Assembly: GCA_934090795.1 (NCBI GenBank)
Contig: CAKOJQ010000004.1
Location: forward strand, 349 to 64,348
Reading direction: 5' to 3'
Origin: an uncultured Bacilli bacterium
Lineage (GTDB): Bacteria > Bacillota_I > Bacilli_A > RF39 > UBA660
Length of the DNA: 64,000 nucleotides
This document shows positions 46,040-55,361 of the stretch, in pieces. The position numbers were made by a program, and so were the translations under genes. Positions within the stretch are counted from its first letter, which is position 1. Each line of letters starts with the position of its first letter. The notes beneath the pieces are model-generated. The model saw nothing but the letters and a program-made list of their open reading frames with translations. It was not told the origin of the DNA and searched no databases.

Positions 46040-46145
46040 AAAAACATTTCCCCTAAATCAGCTAATGATTTCATTATTGCTATTATCTTACATTAAATAT
46101 AGGTTAAAGTCAATCAAACAGCTATAATTTGATATATTTTTTCTT

Positions 46146-46176
46146 AAAAAAACAAAGCCCTGTACTAGCGGCTTTA
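46146..46176 (-). terminator. Rho-independent terminator (minus strand)
   Basis: The minus strand reads AAAGCC-GCTAGTACAG-GGCTTT followed by GTTTTTTT. Confidence 0.5.
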
Positions 46177-46345
46177 GTGAGCTACTTTTACTACAAACAC
46201 TACTATAAGTAAGGTGTAGCGTATGCAAGTCAAAGTAAAATGGTTTAATAGTCAGTATCTTACTGACAATATAAATATAACACATTTTTGTTAGTCTTGC
46301 AAGACTAATTGAACGATTTGTCGTATTTTGTCATATTTTGTAAAA

Positions 46346-46546
46346 TTATTCTTCTTTTTTTATCATTCTATTTATATAACATTTGACTTTATAAAATAGA
46401 ACATCTAAATCAGATATATTAATTATTTTTTCGTTAGTTAAAGTATTTCTTATAACATCAATTATCTCATTCATTTCACATTCAAAGTAGTTGTCTGTTT
46501 TTTCTAAATTTTTTCTAACTTTATTTAAAAATATTTCATATTCCAT
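46346..46546 (-). CDS. Hypothetical ICE protein
   Basis: 66 aa. AAGGGGG RBS 10 nt upstream of the ATG. Confidence 0.45.
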   Translation of the reverse strand: MEYEIFLNKVRKNLEKTDNYFECEMNEIIDVIRNTLTNEKIINISDLDVLFYKVKCYINRMIKKEE

Positions 46547-46560
46547 TAATTAACACCCCC

Positions 46561-47697
46561 TTAAAATAAATTTTTCAATATGTAATAAATAACATTTGTT
46601 GCTATACTATTACCGGCTTGTTTAAATAGTTGTCTATTAGACATACCAGTACTTTTAGCTTTATAAAAATCATCATCTGAAAATCCCATAAATCGCCAAC
46701 TTTCAAGTGGACTAATTTTCTTAACAAAAAAATAATTATCTTTGTAGATAATCATTTTGCTTGTATCTTCAGTAGAGTTAGCGGTTAAGGTAGGACAATA
46801 CCCATTCATAGACCATAACCTTGCAGTCTGATTATATTTTGATGAAGTATCACGTCCACAATGATTTTTACCGTCAACAAATCTATATAAATTTATAATA
46901 TATTTTTTTCTTTTGTCTTTTAAATTCTGACATATCAATTTACTATTTTTAGAATAGTTTTTATTTTTAACAAATTTCTCTAAATCAAATTTTACTTTTT
47001 CTGATAATACCAAGTTAGGATCAATATCTTTTTCTAATAAATCTTTAAGTCTTAATTTAAGTTTTATTCTTTCTGGAAAATGATAGATATATTTACCTTT
47101 AATTGCAACTAGAAAATATCTTTCTCTATTTTGTGGTGTACCATAATCAAGTGCAGTTAAAACGTGATCGTATAATGAATAACCTAGATTTTCTAAATCT
47201 TGTTTAAAAAGACTTAAAGTCTTTCTCATTTTAGAATTAGTAATAGCAGCTACATTTTCAAATATAACAACCTTTGGTGGATTATCCATTTCTCTTATAA
47301 ATTGTATCATCTTCCAACCTAGAGATGACCTAGTATTACTATTAAAATCAAATCCGCGTCTTATACCAGCCATAGATATATCTTGACAAGGAAAGCCACC
47401 AATCCAAATGTCGCAGTAAGGAAGATCTTTACCATTTATTTTTGTAATATCCCCAAGATTATCTTTTTCAGTTTTATTATGAATAGCACAATAACTTTTT
47501 ACCGCCCATTTATCTATTTCACAAAAAAATATTGATTCATAATTATTAATAACACCATTATCTTTTAATCTCTTAAAAGCCATTTCAGGACTACCAATAC
47601 CAGAAAAGAAAGTACCAACTTTAACATTATCTTTATTTAACTTTATAACCGGATAATTAAAATTAAAAAGATTTATACTAGGATTGTTTATTCCCAT
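46561..47697 (-). CDS. dcm: DNA (cytosine-5)-methyltransferase, orphan
   Basis: Motif I FFSGIGS, IV GGFPCQDIS, VI IFENV, VIII QNRERYF, X GNSI. No adjacent endonuclease. Confidence 0.9.
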   Translation of the reverse strand: MGINNPSINLFNFNYPVIKLNKDNVKVGTFFSGIGSPEMAFKRLKDNGVINNYESIFFCEIDKWAVKSYCAIHNKTEKDNLGDITKINGKDLPYCDIWIGGFPCQDISMAGIRRGFDFNSNTRSSLGWKMIQFIREMDNPPKVVIFENVAAITNSKMRKTLSLFKQDLENLGYSLYDHVLTALDYGTPQNRERYFLVAIKGKYIYHFPERIKLKLRLKDLLEKDIDPNLVLSEKVKFDLEKFVKNKNYSKNSKLICQNLKDKRKKYIINLYRFVDGKNHCGRDTSSKYNQTARLWSMNGYCPTLTANSTEDTSKMIIYKDNYFFVKKISPLESWRFMGFSDDDFYKAKSTGMSNRQLFKQAGNSIATNVIYYILKNLF

Positions 47698-49378
47698 TAT
47701 CCTTTTTCTTTTTAGTAGGGTTAGCCCTTTTAGTAGGTGTAGTCTTTTTAGTTTCTTCCGGTTTAAATAATTCTTTTTCTATTCTAAAAGTGTCTAAATC
47801 AAAAAGTTCTAATTTTTGAAAGTCTGGATTATCAATTTTTATTTCATCAACAATTTTATATTTTATAGGATAATCACTTATTTGTTTTAATTTAGTTTTG
47901 ATAGGATCCATACGAGCTCTTAAAAATAATGCGTCGCCAACTTTAAAATTAATTAATTCATCAGTAGTAAGTAAATCTCTACCAGTTAAAGAAGTATCAC
48001 TTGATAAATTAAAATCAGCTTTGCCATATCTATTAGAAGATGATGTTCTAGTAGTTTTAATTGTATATTTTCCTAATCGGTTTGATATTTCTCTAGCAGT
48101 ATTATAATCATTTGTAAGAAGATAACATAAATTCATATTTGCTTTAATAGTAGTAGCTTGATCTCTATAATGTTCTTGGATCATTCCAAAATCTTGAACG
48201 ACACCATATATTCTAATTTTTCTGGACCTTGCAACTGTTAGTTTTTTTGATAATTCGTTGATATGTATAGTATTACAAAGTTCTTCCAAAATTAAATTAA
48301 CTCTAACATCTAATTCGCCATTAGGACTTTTTTGAGCTTCTTCTACTAAAGTCTGATAGACTTGATTCACAAATAAGCCACCTATAAAATGACGAGATAA
48401 CTTTTCATCAGGTACTACCAAAAATATTGCAGTTTTTTTCTTGCCAATATCACGCATATTAAAAGAAGTTTTACTTGTTATATAACTTATACCAGTATCG
48501 CCAAATACTTTTAATTTTGAAGCTAATATAGAGAAGATAGTAGCCCTTGTTTCCCCACGAGCAAAATTACCAGCAGAATACAAATTTTTAGCAGTATTAC
48601 CGAAAGGTCTATCATCAAAATATTTGTCTAATGAGTTTTGATCCCCATACTTTTTAGCACCGTGTTCTACTAACAAATTATAAATAGAATGAAAATGTAT
48701 TTGATTTTCATTTTTACAATCTTCAATTAAAGCAAGACATAAAGCACTTAATACAGAAGAAGATGATTCTTGCCAATACTTATCACGACTATTAACTTCT
48801 TCACATATTGCATTTGATAAGTCATTAACTGTTTCAATTTCTTTTTCAAAATTGTTTTCTTTATAATATTGATATGCTAAAGTAAGAGGATTCCAAAAAT
48901 CACTATTTTTAGTATCTCTTAAATTAATAATTTTAACATCATAATCTTTTTTCTTTAAATAATCATAAGTATATTTATATAATTCGCCCTTAACATCATT
49001 AATAATCATTGACTCATTACTATCAGCTAGATTAAAAATTAGTGGTAATATGACACTAACAGTTTTACCAGATCCAGTACTACCAACAATTAAGTTATGA
49101 TTAGAGCTTGTATCAATATAGTATTTATTATTTTCTATCGCAACAACCATACCACCTGATTTATTTTCTTTACCAAATTTCCAAGTAGTAAAGTTATCTT
49201 TAATTTCTTTTATACTAGCAAATTTACTACTACCAAATTCATTAGAACTTACACGTTCTGGAATACCATTAGTAGAGTGAGAGTTCTTAACCTTAAAATT
49301 ATATTTATAATAAGTTATAAGCAAAATGAAAAGGATCTCTAAAAGCAAGATCCCCATAATCATTTTTTTATCATTCAA
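47678..49378 (-). CDS. Type IV coupling protein (VirD4/TraG/TcpA-like)
   Basis: N-terminal TM helix and Walker A VGSTGSGKT in a large soluble NTPase domain. The frame is open a further 47 codons upstream (see findings). Confidence 0.8.
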   Translation of the reverse strand: MNDKKMIMGILLLEILFILLITYYKYNFKVKNSHSTNGIPERVSSNEFGSSKFASIKEIKDNFTTWKFGKENKSGGMVVAIENNKYYIDTSSNHNLIVGSTGSGKTVSVILPLIFNLADSNESMIINDVKGELYKYTYDYLKKKDYDVKIINLRDTKNSDFWNPLTLAYQYYKENNFEKEIETVNDLSNAICEEVNSRDKYWQESSSSVLSALCLALIEDCKNENQIHFHSIYNLLVEHGAKKYGDQNSLDKYFDDRPFGNTAKNLYSAGNFARGETRATIFSILASKLKVFGDTGISYITSKTSFNMRDIGKKKTAIFLVVPDEKLSRHFIGGLFVNQVYQTLVEEAQKSPNGELDVRVNLILEELCNTIHINELSKKLTVARSRKIRIYGVVQDFGMIQEHYRDQATTIKANMNLCYLLTNDYNTAREISNRLGKYTIKTTRTSSSNRYGKADFNLSSDTSLTGRDLLTTDELINFKVGDALFLRARMDPIKTKLKQISDYPIKYKIVDEIKIDNPDFQKLELFDLDTFRIEKELFKPEETKKTTPTKRANPTKKKKDNGNKQS

Positions 49379-49533
49379 TATTATCTTAATTAATTCTATT
49401 AAATTAAAATTAAAACTTAATTTAAAATTATTTTGAACTATGTTTATAAAATTCGGTAGAAAAAAGATAATTAATAATAGAGAAATAATAACTACTAAAC
49501 AATAGTTAAATTTCTTTATTTTAACAACCCCCT

Positions 49534-50961
49534 TTAAATCTCTTTTCCTTGTAATTCTTTTTCTAAAATCTCTTGTAAATATCTTTCTTCATTTTTACTT
49601 TCAGATTCTAAAAAATAATTAGCTTTTTTAATAAACTGTTTAAATCTAATATTTTTATAAAAAGATTTATTTTTATAATTAGTATATTTTTCTTTTGTAT
49701 AACCAAAGTGAGATAGTGATTTATAAAAATCAGTAGCGTTTATATCTTCACTTGTCATTCTAACAGCAGTAAATATATTATCAACATTAACATCTAAATT
49801 TGATCTTCTGATCCAATCACTTAATAACTTTTTAATATCATTATCAGATAATTCAGCAAGACGACCGAGTTTATATAATTCTTTAGCATACTTTAAAATA
49901 GTAGAGTTCTTTTTTACAGGACGACTTTTAAAATTCATATTCATTATATTAACTTTTAAAAATTCTTTTTGTCTTTTGATAAAGTCAGTAGAGTTATAAA
50001 CTTTAAAGTTATGTAAAATATCATTTCCTATTTTAGAATATAAACGTTTCATTTTATTTTCTATATATTTATTATTTGCATTATTACCATATAACTTTTT
50101 TTGTTCTCTTTGTATTTCTTCTAAACTATGATAGTACTTTTCAAATTCGTATTTGATAGTGTCGTGATATAAAATTCTTTCTATAACTTTATCAATATCT
50201 TTTCTACAATAATCTAAATTCTTTGAGTTATATTGAAGTCGGCCCCTTTTTGGTAGCTTATCATATAAATTCAATAAATCTTTATTTAATGCTTTTCTAA
50301 ATTTACTACTAAAAAATAATTCTTTATCAACTTTTGTAAAATTGTTTTTTCTTATCTTATATTCCAAACCTAAAAATAAATAATCTTGTTCCTGATAAAA
50401 AGATTTGTTATCTACTAAATAAGAAGCAATATTACTTTTTAAATATTTTATAGATGACTTTTCTAATGTATCTTTTTTTCTTCTAGTTTCTTTTTCAAAA
50501 ATAGTAATATGAAGATGTGGATTATCAGTATCATTATGTTTACTTGCATACCACCGTGTATTAGTTAAGTCAAAATCATTATCTAATAAAAATCTAGGCA
50601 TAATAGCTTTAGTCATCATATAATAATCTTGTTTAGTTTTAAGTCCAGATTCTAAAGCAAAATCTGGTGGGAACGAAATAACTAAATTCCACATTCTACC
50701 TGATTCATCTTTTGGCAAATCTTTTAATATATCTTCTTTTTTTACATCTCCGTTTTTATCCCAAATGTAATTAACATCATTATCAATAGTGTCATCATAT
50801 ATTCCAAATTCTTTATCAAACAATTCATCACTAGAAGAAAAGTCTTTTAAACTTTTTCCGTCAGCACCGTCCTTTGAAACATACTTACACCAACCACCAA
50901 CTAACTTTTGAAAATTAACACCTTTCTTATAACGAACGATAGCTACTATATTACTACTCAT
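49534..50961 (-). CDS. Relaxase, MobA/VirD2 (MOBP-like) family
   Basis: Three-His motif HNDTDNPHLHI (compare RP4 TraI HxDxDxxHxH). N-terminal Tyr candidate in WCKYVSKDG. Confidence 0.8.
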   Translation of the reverse strand: MSSNIVAIVRYKKGVNFQKLVGGWCKYVSKDGADGKSLKDFSSSDELFDKEFGIYDDTIDNDVNYIWDKNGDVKKEDILKDLPKDESGRMWNLVISFPPDFALESGLKTKQDYYMMTKAIMPRFLLDNDFDLTNTRWYASKHNDTDNPHLHITIFEKETRRKKDTLEKSSIKYLKSNIASYLVDNKSFYQEQDYLFLGLEYKIRKNNFTKVDKELFFSSKFRKALNKDLLNLYDKLPKRGRLQYNSKNLDYCRKDIDKVIERILYHDTIKYEFEKYYHSLEEIQREQKKLYGNNANNKYIENKMKRLYSKIGNDILHNFKVYNSTDFIKRQKEFLKVNIMNMNFKSRPVKKNSTILKYAKELYKLGRLAELSDNDIKKLLSDWIRRSNLDVNVDNIFTAVRMTSEDINATDFYKSLSHFGYTKEKYTNYKNKSFYKNIRFKQFIKKANYFLESESKNEERYLQEILEKELQGKEI

Positions 50962-51385
50962 CAGTTAGTTCCTTTTTATTTCTTAATTCACGAATATTTT
51001 TTAATACTTGTTCTCTTGCCACTTCTGTTATAGGATGATTTACTAAATGGGTATTTAATTCAGATCTTGTCTGTGGTATATCAAAATATTTATAAGTCAT
51101 ATCATTTTGTAATATTATAGTTTCTATTCCTATATTATTTTTATTTAGCATAGTAAGTATTTTATAGAATTGTTTTTCATTAGCGTTTTGTACTGTTTCT
51201 GTAATTAGTTCGACCAACTTTTTTTGTGTATCTAATAACATTGATTGTTCCAAATAATCTAATAAAACTAATTTACAATACTCACTTAATTTCATATTAT
51301 TTTTATCAGCTTGATCTTGTAATAATTTTTTCTTATGTGGATCTAGTCTGAAAGCAACAATATTTGAATTTTTATTTTCATTCAT
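50954..51385 (-). CDS. Putative relaxosome accessory protein (RHH N-terminus)
   Basis: IVAFRLDPHKKKLLQDQADKNNMKLSEYCKLVL fits strand-helix-helix. 8-nt overlap with the relaxase gene. Confidence 0.5.
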   Translation of the reverse strand: MNENKNSNIVAFRLDPHKKKLLQDQADKNNMKLSEYCKLVLLDYLEQSMLLDTQKKLVELITETVQNANEKQFYKILTMLNKNNIGIETIILQNDMTYKYFDIPQTRSELNTHLVNHPITEVAREQVLKNIRELRNKKELTDE

Positions 51386-51552
51386 TATTTACTATTCAAT
51401 ATACAATCCAAGTTTTCAAGTATATAATTTTTAATTATAATTTCTAAAGCAGTTTGAATTGATAATCCTTTTTTCTCAATAATCTTTCTAAATGCTTCTT
51501 CCATTTTTTGATCCACTTGTACTTTTAAATAATTATTTTTTTTATCATTCAT
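51385..51552 (-). CDS. Small ribbon-helix-helix protein (55 aa), not in the ORF track
   Basis: MNDKKNNYLKVQVDQKMEEAFRKIIEKKGLSIQTALEIIIKNYILENLDCILNSK. AAAGGGGG RBS. The TAATG junction couples it to the next gene. Confidence 0.5.
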   Translation of the reverse strand: MNDKKNNYLKVQVDQKMEEAFRKIIEKKGLSIQTALEIIIKNYILENLDCILNSK

Positions 51553-51598
51553 TTATATAACCCCCTTTTATAAAATAATAAAATTTTAATATAACAAC

Positions 51599-51724
51599 TT
51601 AAATATCTTTATTTATTTTTTCCATTTCTTTATCACATAAACTTGCAACCTTACAAGCACAGAAAACAAATACAATTAAAAATATTAGAATATTAATTCC
51701 TAAAATAATCAAAAATAATTTCAT
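51599..51724 (-). CDS. Possible 41-aa single-TM peptide
   Basis: MKLFLIILGINILIFLIVFVFCACKVASLCDKEMEKINKDI. Weak RBS. Lies between the oriT region and the RHH gene. Confidence 0.25.
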   Translation of the reverse strand: MKLFLIILGINILIFLIVFVFCACKVASLCDKEMEKINKDI

Positions 51725-52021
51725 AAAATCCTTTCTATCTTCGGCCAAGAGTTCGGCCAAAAAAATGTACTAACTTTTAAGTTCTATTTAAAGCAGGATA
51801 AATCCTGTTTACAAACAATTCGCCAGTGGCGAATTTTCCCTTATTTCATAAGGGTTTCTAAAAAACACAAGTGTTTACATTTCATCTTTTTGTTATACAA
51901 TCGTTAACTTCTTACCCTTTGAAAAATAAGGGGGTGTATAACAATCGTACACACTTTTTGAATATATATTTTTTAGAAAATCGCCACTTTTTGAATTGTT
52001 TTTTTGCCAAAAGTTCGGCCA
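51725..52021. other. oriT candidate region
   Basis: ~300-bp non-coding gap next to the relaxase module. It holds at least five inverted repeats, flanking GCCAA[GA]AGTTCGGCCA direct repeats and an ATCCTG|C nic-like core. Confidence 0.5.
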
Positions 52022-52678
52022 TTAATTATTAAGATTAGGTAATGGATTAAACTCCGGTGTAGTGGGTAGATTACCAAATGGCTTATTAAAACTTTTAGAA
52101 TTATAATCATATAAGATATAATCTTTAGCAGTTATTTTATTTTTAATAATAGTAGTGGGATCGGTATATTCAAATTGATTTGTTTTAGCATTATATACTT
52201 GTAATACTAAATGCAAGTGAACCCCTGTTGCTCGACCAGTCATTCCCATAATACCAACTTGTTGACCTTGCTTAACTTCGTCGCCGACATTGACAGTTCT
52301 TGAATTTTCTTCTAAATGCCAATATCCAGATCTATAAGTAGTTCCATTTATTTTATGTTCTATTAAAACATATTCAGCACCAGCACTATCAAGAGTACTA
52401 ACAACAACTTTACCGTCAGCTATTGCAACTATATTTTTTGTATTTACTGGGACAACATCTATACCATTATGTTTTGATTTTTCATTAGTAAATGGATCAT
52501 CACGTAGTCCATAATCAGATGTGATAGTAAAGTTATTTGTATCAAATGGAAGTACAAAAGAAGTTTTATAAGTTATCTCTTGATTACCAAATAATGAAGT
52601 AAGTAAAGCTACAATTATTAAAACAATAAAAATGATAAATGCAACTGGAAGTAGTGCAATTATCATTTTACCTTTCAT
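52022..52678 (-). CDS. M23-family peptidoglycan metalloendopeptidase (T4SS wall hydrolase)
   Basis: N-terminal TM anchor, HNGIDV (HxxxD) and GVHLHL (HxH). Confidence 0.85.
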   Translation of the reverse strand: MKGKMIIALLPVAFIIFIVLIIVALLTSLFGNQEITYKTSFVLPFDTNNFTITSDYGLRDDPFTNEKSKHNGIDVVPVNTKNIVAIADGKVVVSTLDSAGAEYVLIEHKINGTTYRSGYWHLEENSRTVNVGDEVKQGQQVGIMGMTGRATGVHLHLVLQVYNAKTNQFEYTDPTTIIKNKITAKDYILYDYNSKSFNKPFGNLPTTPEFNPLPNLNN

Positions 52679-52701
52679 TATAGTTGATACAATATCTTTA
52701 A

Positions 52702-55056
52702 TTATCTACCGCCACCTTTACCAAATAATTCTTTTTCTTCTGGTCTTAAATGGACGAAGATAGGTATTCGTTTGTCGTGAGTAATAACAAATAGTGCTTG
52801 ACCTTTACCCGCAGTTTGTAAAAATCTTCTTTCATTTTCACTTAATCTTAATACTTTTTGAAGTGAAATAATTTCTTCACTTCCTTGCGCCATAATAATT
52901 TGATAGTCAGAATTATCAACAATAACTTGACCGTACCTAACTACTTCTGGTGAAGTAAAGTCAATCATATTTTGAGTACACACAATTAAGCTACCATTAT
53001 ATTTACGAATCCTTTTAGAAGTTCTTTTTAAAAATTCTAGTCCGTCTTTATTTTCAGGATCAATTAATAAATGAGCTTCATCTACAATTAAAATAACTTG
53101 TTCGTCTCTATTCTGACTAATAATGTGCCAACACAAAGACAAGATATTAAAGAATTGAGTTCTTAATATAGTGTCATCACTATCAAGTAAAGTATGAATA
53201 TCAAATACTATAAAATCAGAATTTAAATCTAAATTAGAATAATTATTCCATAATTTACTATCAACACCGGTAGCCATTCTTCTAACAATAGCTTCTATTT
53301 TTTCTAAAGACTTAACGGTGTCATCATTAATTCTTTTATCATTTTTTGCATTTTCTAATTCGTTTTTTATTTCATTATGAAAATCAGTAATGATAGGATA
53401 ATCTTTTGAAGATAACTTACTAACATCAGTATCTAAATCTATGTTTTTCTTTTTATATGTTTTTAAAAGTAATTCTTCAATTTTAGTAAGTTCTAATTCT
53501 GTTAAGTCTTTAAAATAATATTTTATAAAAGTTCTAAATGTTTGTAAGTGTTTTATTACAGCAACATTATTATCTTCATCATTAGCAGAATTTTTAATTT
53601 CTAGTGGATTAATAACAAATCCCGATCCGCTACCACAGTCAATCCAATTCCCATTAAGAGTATTACATAAGTCTTTATATTCGCGTTCTGGATCTACACA
53701 CAAAATACGAGTTCGTTTTTTACCACCACCACGTGCAAAATTACCACGTAATAACTTTTTAATTAAAGTAGATTTACCACTACCACTTTTACCTATAATA
53801 CACATATTTGAGTTTGTTCTTTTGTTAGTTCTTTTCCACAAATCAAACAGTGTAAGACCGCCGTTTATGTCGTCGCCAAGTATTATAGAATTACCGTCAT
53901 CTTGTATAGATTCAAAGACAAAAGGGAATGAAGCAGCTACTGTCGTTGTAGGCATAGGTAGTCCAAAATTTTCTTGAAGTGGCATATCAAGAGTTGGTAA
54001 ACAAGTTTTTAAACCCTGTTCTTGCTCGAATATCAACTGTGATCCACGAAGATTTAAACTACTTAAAGCAGACTTTATTTCTTTTATTCTTTTTTGTAAT
54101 TCTTCTAAACTTTCAGCATAAGTAAAAAACACTACTGACATCAGTAGCATTTTTTCATTTTCACGATCCATTTTATTTGTTAGTTTCTCATAATCTTCTA
54201 ATTGATTTTTGAGTACTATTTGATCGTTTCTATCTTTAGAATTAATAAACTTACTTCTAGTTTCTGTCATTCCTTTTTTAAGAGTTTTATTAACTTCTAT
54301 ATTATCCATAGGATTAACAGAAATCATCATACGAGTATTTTTAATGTTAGATAACATACCTAACCAACTTCCCCTAGCATAAGAGGGGAAAGTGTCAATT
54401 ATAATACTTGTAGCATATATATCTCCAAGTAATATGTCTTTTTCATTAAACTTCATTGCAATAGGTGCAATTTTTTCTTTTAATGTTTTTAAACTACTGT
54501 CTTGTCTAAATACTTCAAGTGATGAAGTAGGATTAAGATAGACAAATAGTAATTCTTTTATTTCATCAGTTTTAGCTTGAGATGAAGATAGACCTATATT
54601 AGATAATTGAGATACAATATCATTTATTTTAGATTTTAACAATTTAACATTGTCTTTATCTTCATCAATTAATAAATAAAATTCACGATTGTTTACTAAA
54701 TTATTATTCATTATTGTATCAGCATATTTTATATCTTCTTCTAATAATTCTTTTTTAATTTTATCATCAGTATTTTTAGATAAATATAATAAGTTTTCTA
54801 TGTGCTCTGATAAACTAATCGGCTTATCAAGAGCAAGTATTTTAAAAGGATATTCTAAACTTAATAATACTTTTCTAAATTGAAATATTTTAGATGTTTG
54901 TTCTTCATTAGAATATAGTTGAAGATTAATGCTATTTACTTTTATAATACCAACAACTCTGTCATTATCAAGATATAATAAATCATTCCAAACTTCTTTA
55001 AAAGGCAACCATTCAAGAATAGATTTATCAATCTTTTTCTTTTTATTCTTATTCAA
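52702..55056 (-). CDS. VirB4/TcpF/PrgJ-like conjugation ATPase
   Basis: 784 aa. Walker A GKSGSGKST, Walker B ILIVDEAH. Confidence 0.85.
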   Translation of the reverse strand: MNKNKKKKIDKSILEWLPFKEVWNDLLYLDNDRVVGIIKVNSINLQLYSNEEQTSKIFQFRKVLLSLEYPFKILALDKPISLSEHIENLLYLSKNTDDKIKKELLEEDIKYADTIMNNNLVNNREFYLLIDEDKDNVKLLKSKINDIVSQLSNIGLSSSQAKTDEIKELLFVYLNPTSSLEVFRQDSSLKTLKEKIAPIAMKFNEKDILLGDIYATSIIIDTFPSYARGSWLGMLSNIKNTRMMISVNPMDNIEVNKTLKKGMTETRSKFINSKDRNDQIVLKNQLEDYEKLTNKMDRENEKMLLMSVVFFTYAESLEELQKRIKEIKSALSSLNLRGSQLIFEQEQGLKTCLPTLDMPLQENFGLPMPTTTVAASFPFVFESIQDDGNSIILGDDINGGLTLFDLWKRTNKRTNSNMCIIGKSGSGKSTLIKKLLRGNFARGGGKKRTRILCVDPEREYKDLCNTLNGNWIDCGSGSGFVINPLEIKNSANDEDNNVAVIKHLQTFRTFIKYYFKDLTELELTKIEELLLKTYKKKNIDLDTDVSKLSSKDYPIITDFHNEIKNELENAKNDKRINDDTVKSLEKIEAIVRRMATGVDSKLWNNYSNLDLNSDFIVFDIHTLLDSDDTILRTQFFNILSLCWHIISQNRDEQVILIVDEAHLLIDPENKDGLEFLKRTSKRIRKYNGSLIVCTQNMIDFTSPEVVRYGQVIVDNSDYQIIMAQGSEEIISLQKVLRLSENERRFLQTAGKGQALFVITHDKRIPIFVHLRPEEKELFGKGGGR

Positions 55057-55078
55057 AATAACCCCCAGATATTATGAA

Positions 55079-55345
55079 TTACATATTTATTTTCATAGTG
55101 TTATAAGTATCATAGAAAATACTATCTTTATTATCAGCACCAACTTCAAATAAGCAATCTAAAATTTCTTCACTAGACATCTTTGTAGCTATTGAATAAT
55201 CTACTATAATATTATCTATATTTTCTACAATTCCATTATAATATGGTCGCCAATTTTCATTCTTAACTTTGTTTTTGGTATATTCGTATATTTTTTCTTT
55301 TGCTTTTAGAAGTGTTATATACACTTCATCAAGATTCTTATTCAT
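55079..55345 (-). CDS. Hypothetical ICE protein (paralog of next gene)
   Basis: 88 aa. Shares the N-terminal pattern NIIVDY....KMS..EILD with 55362-55907. Confidence 0.5.
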   Translation of the reverse strand: MNKNLDEVYITLLKAKEKIYEYTKNKVKNENWRPYYNGIVENIDNIIVDYSIATKMSSEEILDCLFEVGADNKDSIFYDTYNTMKINM

Positions 55346-55361
55346 AAATTTTATAACCCCC

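Noticed and set aside
46088-46285. 65-aa minus-strand ORF in the ICE intergenic region.
   Set aside because: It has no RBS, spans hairpins and a terminator, and its composition is implausible. The region is treated as a structured non-coding segment instead.
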